A stretch of DNA of 60,527 bases, filler included, from Catajapyx aquilonaris (lineage: Eukaryota), in assembly GCA_000934665.2 (NCBI GenBank). It is 4 parts of 4 records of this genome, joined end to end, with 100 filler letters (N's around TTAATTAATTAA, not from the genome) between each part and the next. Parts side by side here need not be neighbours in the genome. Positions count along the whole stretch, not along the records: positions 1 to 15,174 come from KZ539713.1; positions 15,275 to 30,283 come from JYFJ02007621.1; 2 more parts are not named here. The stretch is one strand, 5' to 3'. The position numbers and the translations under genes are program-made. Shown here in pieces: positions 12,502 to 23,645 of the stretch. Numbering within the stretch: the first letter of the stretch is position 1; each line of letters opens with the position of its first letter. Under the pieces are notes generated by a model that saw only the letters and a program-made list of their open reading frames with translations, did not search any database and had not been told where the DNA came from.

Positions 12502-12832
12502 GGGGCGAAAGTAACAATCGCGCGTTTCGTCCCAAACAATATTTGGTTTCATCGCTGATCAAATCGCTCAGATGTAAACGCGGCATTATGCTGTCTCTGC
12601 CATCTAGCGACCGCAGGCAGTCCGCGACATTTCCACCGATACTAAGGTAACCTTCATCATGAAACACGCGGTTTATAACCCCAAACTTTGCTCTCAGTCG
12701 GGATTGGAGTTTTGAATTTGGTGACTATAATCCATCAACTCTCTTCGCTGCCAGAAGCCTGGAGCCGCCAACTTTGTCAGAATAAAAGACCCTGTGTGTA
12801 TACAGGGTGTTTCCAATTGAAATGCCCTCTTG

Positions 12833-13025
12833 CAGTGGTTTCCAACCTTGTACCAACTGCGACCCCCTAAACATGTTTCCATAAATGTGCAACCCCCCCC
12901 CCCCNNNNNNNNNNNNNNNNNNNNNNNNNNNNNNNNNNCGCAAAAATGGTTCAATTGACACAGAAATTGCAAAAAAAATATGTTGAACCAAGGCTCGCGA
13001 CCCCCCCCCCCGTTGGAAACCACTG
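12833..13025. mobile_element. hAT MITE (same family as 9953, opposite orientation), 30 bp inside a CAGGGTG end at 12803
   Basis: cagtggtttccaacc ... gttggaaaccactg. Imperfect 8-bp TSD ccctcttg/cgctattg. Confidence 0.85.
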
Positions 13026-14114
13026 CGCTATTGTTAGGTGACTCTTTGCCTCTAACCAGCTGTTACCTTGGAACCGTTACATTAGGTGGTTTTCTAAAAT
13101 ATTAGATGACGAAACAAAATTAGGTTCAATGGTATAAAATATCTTAGGCCCGATTTCAAGGCCACACGTTGTATGGTCCTGTCAGACCACCGCAGGTTGT
13201 GGCTGAACTAAAGTTAAATGAGATTATAGCAGGATGGAAATAATATCATTCGGGGAAAGATTCTTTATGACATCTTTATTTAGTACTCCGTAATATATTT
13301 TACTGACCTCACAATTTGCTCTTTTATTTCACTTTAAGTACCACACTGTTATTTCTGTTCCCAACATCGGGATCGTATAGACTTGAATACATTCATTACT
13401 TGGCGCTACACTGTCATCGTTACATTTGACCACTGCGACATGCTACGCATGCACTGTCCTAGAATGTATTAAACATCACACTATCATTTTTGCAAATATT
13501 GACACATGCTCTAGTCTAAACATCATTAGTATAAAGAAAAATCTTTGCAGATGGAAATTTGATATAAGAGACATGGCTTACCTGGTATCAAGAAGATACA
13601 ATGTGATCCAACAGAGGTTCACTGTGTACTGCTACTAATTCTTGTTAGCCCCTAGGGTTTTTATACTTTCCACCCGTATTCCATGGTAATCCAACATGCT
13701 CGCAATGCCTCCCTTAGTGGGCTCTGGCATATTTACGGTTCCCGTCTCTTTGAGGTAAATCAAAATGGACTAATAATGTTTTCTACTACTTGGGCACTCA
13801 GTTCGGGGTCATTTGTTGGACTGTTTAATGTGGTCCATCATATATGACTCATACTTTCTTAAGCAATAGTAACCTCTGCATAAATCCAGTATCAATATTA
13901 ATATCCGTAAGCAATATCTTTTAAGGCTGTTTATGTTAACCTGTCACAATAGCATGCATGACAGTCCAGAAAGAAATGTAATTATCTGGTTTGCAACTTC
14001 CTCTTTTTTCTGTGCTCGCCTTTTCTCCTATAAAAGCAAACCAGGTAGCCCATAGACTTTTAGTATGTGTATACCTGGCCAAGTCACCTAAAAAGCAATC
14101 GCCATCCCTTGGAC

Positions 14115-14452
14115 CAGTGGTTCCCAACCTGGGGGGCGTGAGAGGATTTCAGGGGGGGGGGGGNNNNNNNNNNNNNNNNNNNNNNNNNNNNNNNNNNNNN
14201 NNNNNNNNNNNNNNNNNNNNNNNNNNNNNNNNNNNNNNNNNNNNNNNNNNNNNNNNNNNNNNNNNNNNNNNNNNNNNNNNNNNNNNNNNNNNNNNNNNNN
14301 NNNNNNNNNNNNNNNNNNNNNNNNNNNNNNNNNNNNNNNNNNNNNNNNNNNNNNNNNNNNNNNNNNNNNNNNNNNNGGGGGGGGGGGGGGGGCGTGAGTG
14401 TTTGGTGAAAACGAAAAGGGGGGCGTCATGACGAAAAGGTTGGGAACCACTG
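14115..14452. mobile_element. hAT MITE spanning an N gap
   Basis: TIR cagtggttcccaacct / aggttgggaaccactg with an 8-bp TSD ccttggac. Confidence 0.9.
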
Positions 14453-14478
14453 CCTTGGACGCTTCTCGCTTCTCCTCT

Positions 14479-14820
14479 GGCGGAGTGGTGCTGCGGTAAC
14501 GTATGCGCCCACGGATGTTAAGGTCCCGGGTTCGATCCCAACCCGGGGACACCTCCTTCATCTCGTGCAGAGTTCAGGGTCAAAGGTGAGGGCTTCGTCT
14601 CGGGTGGTATTTCCAACAGACTAAACCACCCGGGGGAGTTCACTAAAAATGGCCACGTTTAAGACATTGCACTGCACCTTGCACATCCCCTCCTGTCATC
14701 CTGCCCGTGGGCCCGGGCGATTCGCTCAAGGTTCCAGCATTGTACTGCATTACTTCAAGTATAATAAAGGTCCGTGCCGCATACCCTATATATAGGGTCA
14801 GGCACTACACAAGGATTATT
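14479..14820 (+). mobile_element. tRNA-derived SINE, family C
   Basis: ggcggagtggtgctgcggtaac...gggttcgatccc head. Near-identical to 35216-35593 and similar to 57407-57737. Confidence 0.9.
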
Positions 14821-15174
14821 CTGGCTTCTCCACTAATATTGGTTTTGTAATTCACAATGTTCGGTCTCCACGACAAAATACTGACCAGGGGATCGAGGAC
14901 CCTCAACACTCAACACTGGGCATTTAAAAATATAAGGTATACTGCATTTTTTCAGGATATTGATATAGCACAATGAATTTTTGTACCTGACATCTATCAT
15001 GCAAATCTAATCTTTCAAATAATCCCCTCTATTATATTTGTATTTTACATGCAGCGTATACCAGTATACTGTAGTACTTTTTTGCTCCAGAGACTATCAG
15101 GTGAATATGTACGGCTCAAAGCCCGAAAATGCCATTTTTCCGGTGGGCGTATTTCCGGAAGGGGGGGGGGGGGG

Positions 15175-15274
15175 NNNNNNNNNNNNNNNNNNNNNNNNNN
15201 NNNNNNNNNNNNNNNNNNTTAATTAATTAANNNNNNNNNNNNNNNNNNNNNNNNNNNNNNNNNNNNNNNNNNNN
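15175..15274. other. Artificial contig spacer
   Basis: 44 N + TTAATTAATTAA (stops in all six frames) + 44 N. Confidence 0.95.
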
Positions 15275-15275
15275 A

Positions 15276-15410
15276 TGTATCCCAGGCACGAGTGTTCCTT
15301 CAGAACATGTGTTCAGCACTGCGGGAAACATTTTTACGGACACCAGAGGCATGTCTTACAGGGGAACATGCTGAGCGATTGATATTCCTGGCACTTAATA
15401 AGAACTTTGT
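15276..15410 (+). pseudogene. hAT transposase C-terminal dimerisation fragment (ZBED1-like)
   Basis: CIPGTSVPSEHVFSTAGNIFTDTR/ACLTGEHAERLIFLALNKNF matches the P.TSV.SER.FS.AG...R..L...E.L.FL motif, with one frameshift. Confidence 0.85.
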
Positions 15411-15939
15411 TCCCCATTGAGCCAAGTTTTAAAAGTTGTGAATGTGCGTGAGCATGTGAGTTTACTACATGTGAGTGCACGTGTGACTTTGTGAGTACTG
15501 TAGATAATAAAAACTACATGTAGGTGTTGTGTTATTAAGACTTGAAAAATATAAAGTAATCTTTGCCATTTTATTGTAATACTAGATTACAGTATGCTAC
15601 AATTTTTATTGCAATCTAATATATAGCTTTTCCTTGTCTGTCGTATTATTATTTATATAGTGAGAGACATAACGGCTGAATCATGACATTTTCATATGAG
15701 CAACGTCAAATGCGCAATATTAAGAGTATTGTAAGTATGGCTTATGGACATGGGGAATGGAATGGGGAAAACGCACTAATGGCAAGGTAACACAAAAGCA
15801 CATTGCATCAAGGCAGTAACTACTTTGTCCACGTACGTACACCTGGGATCCAATGCAATTATGATTTTTTTCCCATGTACAGCAAATAACATGATCCTGC
15901 GACACGCAAACAAAAAATTGACAGAAGTAGATGGCAAAA

Positions 15940-16650
15940 TGCGCACTTCTCGTTTGAAAAAGTCCAACTTCAAAGAAAAGCAAGACCTCTTGGCGCAGAT
16001 GGGAATAGTCTTGCACAGAATGAATGACTCAATTTGCCAGCACCCACTGCTTCTGAATCCCCAGATGTTGAGATGGCATGACTGAATGGGCCACGTGAGG
16101 GCGACTTACAACGAGGTACACGTTCCACACCGTAACAAAGTGCAGGTGAATTAAGGATGTTCTGTTTGGTCAGTCATGACAGGGTGACCTCCACCCAGGG
16201 AAATCAGTGAAAAGTCAGGGAGGAGCGTCGATAACCACACACTTTTAGTAATCACCATTCTCTGCAGTACCATAACCATTTCTACATTGTAAAGGGACTA
16301 TTTATTTTAAATTTGCAACTTGTTCATTGCATGGCTACTTATTGTCATCCTTATCTGGATATCTCCATGTAACTGGTGCTGTATGTGCTTACATATCTGT
16401 GATAGCACATGTTCATAAATTATGATACATGTATCCGTACAAGTCATGTCAATCCATGCTGCACTTCGACGAAGGGTGAGACCGCAGTATACGCTGGCTA
16501 TACTCAGAGGAGGGAATCATCAAACGCGGTGAACAGCGGGGCAAGTCCGCAAGCGCAAATTCTGAGCATAATGGTGGAGCCTTTACAAGAGCAGAAGAAG
16601 CAGGCCTCCGAGAAAATAAGCAATGCCCTGGAGAGGATCGCCAATGCTCA
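15940..16650 (+). pseudogene. Possible Myb/SANT-like (Harbinger accessory-type) remnant
   Basis: RLKKSNFKEKQDLL and a downstream ISNALERIANA coiled-coil end. Weak. Confidence 0.3.
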
Positions 16651-16754
16651 AATGCCCATACACACTCGCCCTCCAAACCCTGATGCTTCTGGAGCAACCC
16701 TTGGTGATCGATAGTCTACCCCCACCATACCTCCCATCCCGATACCCGCTTCAG

Positions 16755-17030
16755 TCCTGTGCAAATACTGTGTGCTCTTCTCCAAAGAAATTGCTGCAAA
16801 AGGCAGCCATCACCGACTCGGATTGCTGGTTAGAAAAGGGTTCCAAAAAAAATGAAAGAACGCCCTAGAGATGTTCAACTCTCATGCAAATTCCGAGTAC
16901 CACATGGACTCTGCTCAGTAAGCAGTAGATTTCACAAGACTCGCAGAAAAAAAGAAAAAAGTCCAAACGTCGTGCCAGGAATGGCGGAAGGAAACAGGAA
17001 GAAACCATGGCCCAGTTGATAGCAATCATT
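16755..17030 (+). pseudogene. hAT (ZMYM1/PRKRIR-type) TTF zinc-finger fragment
   Basis: CKYCVLFS ... LGLLVRKGF ... KNALEMFNSHANSEYHMDSAQ*AVDF across frameshifts. Confidence 0.75.
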
Positions 17031-17044
17031 CCCGTCCGACGACA

Positions 17045-17130
17045 ATGTGCGAACCATTAGAAAATGACAACAGTGCCACGGCATACGGGCGAAGAAAGGA
17101 GAAGGAGGCTAAAGAAGCCCTCCAGAAAAA
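17045..17130 (+). pseudogene. Possible YqaJ/lambda-exonuclease fragment
   Basis: NSATAYGRRKEKEAKEAL resembles the A..YG...E..A motif. Very short. Confidence 0.35.
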
Positions 17131-17139
17131 GGAAGGCGT

Positions 17140-17700
17140 TGTGATTCCTTTCCATGCATTGAGGCGAATAAATGCCAGGTCACCTTAACGCCATATCGAT
17201 GCCCATAGACGCGAAGTTTCGCCATGAGATACCTCTGTTTGGACTGAGACGAGGCGCCGTCTAAGAAGAAATGCACATACTTCATGTCTTCTCCTGTCTC
17301 TTCCAGATCCTTGAGAAGAGTGCCAATAAACTTGTACACTGCTATTTATCATGCACAATATGGTCTGATATTATGGCATATCCTTTGATCTTTCCTTCCT
17401 TAATCCATGCATACGCCGTGAACACTGTGCATTGCTGAGGGGACCAGTGCGCAGCCTGAATTTCCCCTTGCCACTTCAATGCATAGTTTTCGGCGAAGTC
17501 CACCTGAACCAGCACCCTCTTGCCGTCCACATTGTTTCTCAATTCCTCAAATGCACTGTGTTGCGCTCTCTTTATGTAGACATGTTCCAAGAAGGACGGG
17601 AGTTGCTTTTGCAAGACTGTGAAAGCCTGACTAAGGTTACCATGTCTCCCACTTTGAAGGTGTCTGGCTTCAGGGGGGGTAGGGCCCAATGTCTCAAGTT
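17140..17700 (-). pseudogene. Sola2-type DDE transposase core fragment
   Basis: HVYIKRAQ...VDFAENY...EIQAAHW...IISDHIVHDK*...HFFLDGASSQSKQR...WHLFASMHGK with an internal stop. Confidence 0.8.
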
Positions 17701-18357
17701 CTTACATCAAGACAGCCAAAATGCCACTATTTCCACATACTATATCCATACTCTCTATCAGTGTACAATGTGAAGTGTTGCATAGCAATGTACAAAATAA
17801 ATACTACTTGACCACCAGAACAACACTGAACAGAAGCACTTTGCCAATACTCAGTAGTTCTAGCTGTCCTTGTACGGTCGACAGCATTTGCAACAGTTTT
17901 CACTGCCAGAAAAGAGATACAGGTAACCATTTCTCCACATTCAATCAATTCCTTATTGTCCTAAAGTTATTGTAATGCCAATAATAGCATTCATTATAAT
18001 CATTATCATTAATTATTATCATTAGTATTAGGCATTTCATGACCTATAAGTATAGTTGACCTAGATAACTTGTTAATAAACAGCTCAGTAGGCGTGGCCT
18101 GCTACCAGGGGATCGCGGAGGGGACGCCGCGGGAGAGGGGCTTCCACTTCACAAGAGCGGGAGGGGTCGGCGACCAGGAAATATCAAAAGAAGCCGGAAG
18201 GACGTTCACCCCTAGCGGACCACACGCTTGTGAACCGCTCCTTCCCGTACACGCGGACGGCCAGGTCGAGGAACATCACTCAGGACTTGCCTCCCACGCA
18301 TCTCAAACCGGGATCTGTGTCAGCAGGGACGGCCTACAAGCCTCTTTCAGTGCATAG

Positions 18358-19243
18358 TTTCCAGAAGTAGGGCACAGTATGTTGGAATCAGATCGCGACT
18401 TTGCCCATATTGAACAAGAGTCACGGAGACATGAGTGTGTTTATGCACAAGAACAGTACAGGGACATCATTAGGGATACTCAAAGAAAAAATAAGTTTGA
18501 AGTGATGAACATGTCCTCATCTTTTTACGAAATGAAAGCGCTTTAGACGCTTCTGGCCGTAACTAAACGTACAAGAAACACAGATGGTGTCAAGATACCA
18601 TTCCAAAAAGGGATTCCGTGGATTCGAGTGGACACTGTAGGAAGGTACAAGTATCGAGAATCTTTCAGGGAAAATGAGCCTTGGAAAGAGGTCGAAATCA
18701 ATCAGATTCGGCGTAATCGTGACACCACTATTGCTGACATTCCACGCCGTCCCACAAGACAGGTTGCCAATCAGTAAGGAAAAGCTGGGAGACATCAAAA
18801 AACAACTACCCTACATTCCAGAACCATATAAGGGTTTCTACGAATGTCTGACGACAGGTGGCACATAATGTCAGATGGTTTGAGGGTCAAAGGCTTTGGT
18901 ACAATAATAAAATAGTTCTCTCATGATGAATATGTTCGTACTTACTTTCATTCATGTGCACTACTTCCTCTTGCTTGCAGTTACCTCCTTTGTGCCTTGA
19001 AATGGCCGTGGAAGAAGGGGACAAGTATCATTTCATTTTGAATAGCTTTATTTTTCACCGCGTGAGCGGGATCAGCTAGGATTAGTCAGTATCGAGAAAG
19101 ATTTCGCTTATTGAGGTTACCATGTGCCACCACCAGGGAAGTATTATCACTCATAGATCCAAATATATAATCAAGAAACTGTGCCTTGCATTATCTCGAA
19201 ATGGAAAATTTGTTAGTTCCCCCCTTCTTCCATGGAGCCCTTC
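18358..19243 (+). mobile_element. Sola1-type element, 3' half: transposase C-terminus plus right terminus
   Basis: FPEVGHSMLESDRDFAHIE...VYAQEQY...FEVMNM...LPISKEKLGDIKKQLPYIPEPYKGFY (one stop, one frameshift). Terminus ccccttcttccatggagcccttc followed by AATT (AWWT target). Inverted subterminal copy near 19005. Confidence 0.8.
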
Positions 19244-19349
19244 AATTAAGGGGTGATTAAAAAAAAAAAAAAAACATTGGCTTAACATCTTTCAATTCTT
19301 GATTGTGCTGGTGGATCAATTCAGTGAATCGTTTATCAAAGACAATTTA

Positions 19350-19835
19350 GGTGCACGTAGGCGAGCTCGTCCATCTAGACTCCGGATTCTTCAGCTATGT
19401 CAAAAAGAAGGAAGACTGAGGATCTGCGGATACGTGCGTCATCCTCAGATATGTCATTTGCCACAGCTATGAAGTTGCGTAAAGAAGGAAAGGAAGCAGC
19501 TGCAGAAAATAATCACCGAGGCAACAATGACCACCCCCTACACGAGCCCAACAGATGATTACAGCAAAGTTGAAGAAATGAGAGTTGGAGCAAACGTGCA
19601 TGTCGCCGGAGTAAGGACTTAACTCGCTCATTTCACTACATGTGTCCAAAGAGCAGTACTCAACACTCCGCTGCACAGCACTTCAGCATGGGCTCAATTT
19701 GTATCCCTCCTATTATGCTTTGTTGCAGGCAAAAAAGGCAGCTCTCTTACCCTGCAGATGTTACTATCGGTGAAAAAATATGTGAAGTGCCTCTGCAAAA
19801 CCCCCTAAACAACACCTGCAAGAGAATATTGGAAA
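19350..19835 (+). pseudogene. Transib transposase N-terminal fragment
   Basis: SKRRKTEDLR...FATAMKLRKEGKEAAA ... SKEQYSTLR...LYPSYYALLQAKK/YPADVTIGEKICEVPLQNPLNNTCKRIL. Confidence 0.85.
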
Positions 19836-20054
19836 AATATTGGCCAAATACATATCCGAAGCAGAAGCGATTTGGAATCCACGCAACAAAAATCACAAAA
19901 GAGAAACCTCGTGAATGCACTGTAGGGAGATGTTGCCAGGAAGAAGCACGCAAGTGGCAGGCATTTATTATTGTTACCAGTACATGAATGTAGTTACACC
20001 CCACTTGCTTGAGTAAAAAATATATTAAAAAAAAAAAAACACACACACACACAG

Positions 20055-20852
20055 ATTTTCACTGCTGGTTCCACCGAGATACGAAGGTGATCATAAATTG
20101 CATACCGCAGGGCTGTCTCATCGGGACCACCTTAGAGAAGTTTATCGCTCCGCAGTGGCTAGTACGCACTGGGGAGTTTTGTACCTTCAGCTTTCCAGGG
20201 GGGCACCCTTGCCTCCATGGACCGTCTAGTCAACCACTTAGCACAGGAAGGAGGGCTTGATGTGGTGATTAGTGGTGGAACAAATGACTTGTCCAACATC
20301 GCCACAGAAGCAGATTCCCTGGAGCAGGGGAAGGACCTGATCAAAAAGATGAAGGGATTCATAATGACCCTTCAGGAGGCAATTGCCTCACGCAGGCTTG
20401 TCGTGTGTGAGGTGCCAACAAGGGTGGACAGCGTCACATGGGAAGTCCTGCATGATGGCCTCTGGCGCTTCTTCAACCTTCGTTTGAGGACGATGTGCCA
20501 CGACAGGAAAGGGTGCTTCGTGAAAATTACTGAGAGTTCCTGATCATAACATTGCCAGAAGAATACAAGAATATGACATTTTAATTGTGTTCTATAGCAT
20601 ATTGCCCAGAGAATGAACTTGGATGAAATGATAGCCAAAGACGGGACACATTTCACAGCAGAGGGATGTAGCAAATGGTGTGGTCTTCTTAGAGGCATCC
20701 TCCGGAAACAACTCCCTTCATGTGATATTCCTGCAGCACTCAAGCACATCTGCGGAAACTATGCGTTCTGGGTGCCCTGGTGTTCCCAATGCCACCTTAA
20801 GAGTACACAACCAGGGCACCTGCAGCACATTCATCCAGAATCTCAGATATGA
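20055..20852 (+). pseudogene. Spliced SGNH/GDSL hydrolase-like gene (exons ~20055-20519 and 20598-20852)
   Basis: SGNH blocks in order: LIGTTL (I-like), SFPGG (II), ISGGTND (III), KDGTHF (V). A phase-0 GT-AG intron at 20520-20597 joins the frames. One extra G in a G6 run at ~20200 shifts the frame. Confidence 0.75.
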
Positions 20853-21067
20853 TTATTATTGCAGAGGAATATCTCGTCAAAGTTTTACATTCAGCAACGA
20901 AATATAAGACATTTGCCGAACTCCGTTATTATCTGCATACCAAAAAAAACACACGAACTTTTCAAAAAATTGTGATACCTACTTCTGAATGGGGCCTGTA
21001 GCACATTAAGATCCTGTTCAAGTGCCTGAGTTCGACACTTGAGTTCTGGGGACAGAAGTCATTACTA

Positions 21068-21170
21068 ATGAAACAGATGCGGATGTTGTCGAACGAGGCT
21101 AATAGTTTGATTCACAATGTCTCTAACAACATGTGCGAGGTGTCGAACAGCATCACTGCTAACTTTCTCG
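21068..21170 (+). pseudogene. Mutator-like/KolobokP-type transposase fragment
   Basis: MRMLSNEANSLIHNVSNNMCEVSNSITANF resembles the recalled A.SLI.NV..N..E.FNSI.AK motif. Confidence 0.5.
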
Positions 21171-21914
21171 CGAGTTGTGCCGCGACTGTGCTATCTCTGA
21201 ACTCATCTGGCGATTTTCACACTCAAGACCACAAGACTTGGCAGAATGGCGACAATCCTGGTATAGCAATCAATTCTCTCCACGATAAGAATGGAGTTGT
21301 GCATATAATTACCTTTCAGTAGCTAGCGGCCTCTTCATGCAGGGCCTACAAGGACTGTGTCATGGCAAAGGGATGTTGGGCAATGTGAGTGGCACAAAAA
21401 CTCTGGAATAGTCCAGTATTGATACAGAACTTGTGATTTACTAGTTGCAGCCTTGATGCACTGGCGCACACAAAGCTAGATATTGGCACTAAATTCAAAT
21501 TATTTTGCATTTTTTTGCATCAGCATTTCATTACCAAAATACTGACTTAACAGCATCAAATATTTGTCAGATGAAGCTCATGAGAGTCAAAGCACTGAGA
21601 GATATGCTTGTAAATGAAGCATGAGCTGCGAGTGCAGCTAATGAAAGAAAAGCATGATTCTGAGATTGAGGTCCTGCAGTTTCTTCAAGCTGCAGTTGAT
21701 GCAGCGTCTGACTGATGTTGACGGTGGCCTGCATCACCTGTAGCAAGATGTATGCTGACAAGGACGACCTGATATGATTTTCTGCAACGACGATGGTAAA
21801 AGTATCTAATCATGATTGACCTCATATCTGGTCCGGAGAAATGCAGAAACTCATACTCGTACAACAGAAAAAAAACACGACGACGAAGACCTCACTGGAA
21901 TATTTTAGAAGGCA

Positions 21915-22020
21915 TACAAACAAGCTTTCCATTGTGGAAGACCAGGGGTTCCGGAGGTTCGCGCAAGGCCTCAATCCCGCCTATAAACTGCCAGACAGGA
22001 AAACCATAAGTTCCTTGCGT
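21915..22020 (+). pseudogene. hAT (ZBED/Hermes-type) DNA-binding fragment
   Basis: LSIVEDQGFRRFAQGLNPAYKLPDRKTIS. Confidence 0.85.
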
Positions 22021-22957
22021 TAAGGAACTTGTGTCGAATACGACAAAGTTTGACGAATGAGGAGCCTGTATTAAATATGAATCAAATGAAAACTTTTGAC
22101 TTGAACAATAACTAGCAAGTTATGTTGTCACCAGCTACAGACAGAAATAAATTTTCCAGTATTGTTAAAAAGCACTTAACCAGGCATACAGTAGAGGAGA
22201 AACTGTGAAAATGTACTTGGTTACTAGGAAAAGGTGTTACTATTGGTAACAGATACATCATAGCAGGCCATTATTTTGTCACCCCCTAATTTCTCAAGGT
22301 GGAGAGGCCACCTAAGTGCAACACTTCGGCCACCCAAACGGCAGATACACAGCAGGTGACCCGAGCCACCGTGGGTCGCAGGTATATTTCACGTCGTTTG
22401 ACAAAAAGACACAGACATTACCGGAGTATGACATCCATGACAAGGTTCAGAGACTGGAAAAAAGGAACGAAGAACTGACCAAGGCAGTGGACCTTCTAGG
22501 ATTGCCATGCGCAGGTAACTCTTACACATTCCTGAACGTTCGACAAGGACTTTCCAATCTTTCTCCCAGACGAAAGTTATCCAAAACTGAAGGAAGTGAT
22601 GTCCCAATCCGACACGTGCCTCTTTTTTTTTTTTTTTTTGGACTAATTCGGACTGGATCTGCAGAAAATAGTTGTAGCAGAGAAACAGTTGCTACCGGGA
22701 AGCACCTCTGGCATTTACGGCTAGGCAGGACGGCTAACAGTGTGTCGTGAAAGTTTGTGATTTTCGATAGCTCCTGCCACATTGAGCCGTACATTAGAAG
22801 CAATGCCGCACTTGCCCTATTTATGCACTTACCTCGCTTTACCCTACGTTTCGAAAGAGTTGTTCTGGTTTTGTGGAGAATAGTGACATGGTCGGATGGG
22901 TGAATCTAAATATGTGGCAATAAGCTTGATGACATCATTTATTTCCTTTTTTTTTAG

Positions 22958-23090
22958 AACATTGACACCCCGCTGCATATAATAATAGAAACGGGAACAG
23001 CAGGTGGCTGGAGCAATTCCTGGAGTTGGGCCAGAAGCGCCAAGGATATGGAAAAGCGCGTGTGACACCATACACGCACATTGTAGGGTG
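22958..23090 (+). pseudogene. Chapaev/Transib/RAG1-like transposase fragment
   Basis: RWLEQFLELGQKRQGYGKARVTPYTHIV (VTPY.H motif), preceded by a ttttttag acceptor. Confidence 0.5.
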
Positions 23091-23399
23091 TCAACTGGCC
23101 CAGTTGGCTCGGTCGAAAGGCTTGGAATGACACGTGTCGCTAATATTAGCCTACTTCTACTTGCCGCACTTATGTATCTGCTAATCTGCAGTAACTTCTT
23201 ACACAATACTAAAGCTCAAAATATTGATACGTATACGGTACTGTATAAGCCGGAAAATTTCCACTGACATGGATCAAACAAATGAAAGGGCGATATAAGA
23301 ACCAAATGTAGGATTAGGGACTTTTTCAAGAAGTTACGGACAATGCCGCTGTGGTGCCTTTTTCCATGGTCGAGTATGGCGGGTTGTGTATTACAAAAA

Positions 23400-23645
23400 G
23401 GTCAGGGAATCCTGGCTACGGAAATGTTGATAATTATGTAGCTGCAGCTGATGAAACTGATGTAAAAACAATGTATCAGTAACAGGCCTCAACGAAGAGT
23501 GATCATTACGGAATGTTACTCCCAGTTACCATGTCAGAGAAAATTACTCTGTGGACATCATGCACGATATTTTAGAAGGGCTGCGTAACTTTGATCTTGT
23601 CAAGATTTTGGGTCATCTCATTGATTGAAGAATCATAACACTCTC
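23400..23645 (+). pseudogene. EnSpm/CACTA transposase fragment
   Basis: PSYHVRENYSVDIMHDILEGLRNFDLVKILGHLI (D.MHD..EG motif). Confidence 0.85.

Noticed and set aside
15219..15230. TTAATTAATTAA as a biological periodic repeat or piggyBac site
   Set aside because: It is embedded in symmetric 44-N runs, so it is an assembly linker.
20055..20852. oskar orthologue
   Set aside because: The SGNH-like domain lacks the serine, but no LOTUS domain or OSK-specific motif was recognised and the context is transposon debris.
20870..21050. P-element transposase N-terminal fragment
   Set aside because: Only a faint resemblance across several frameshifts, not supportable without a profile search.
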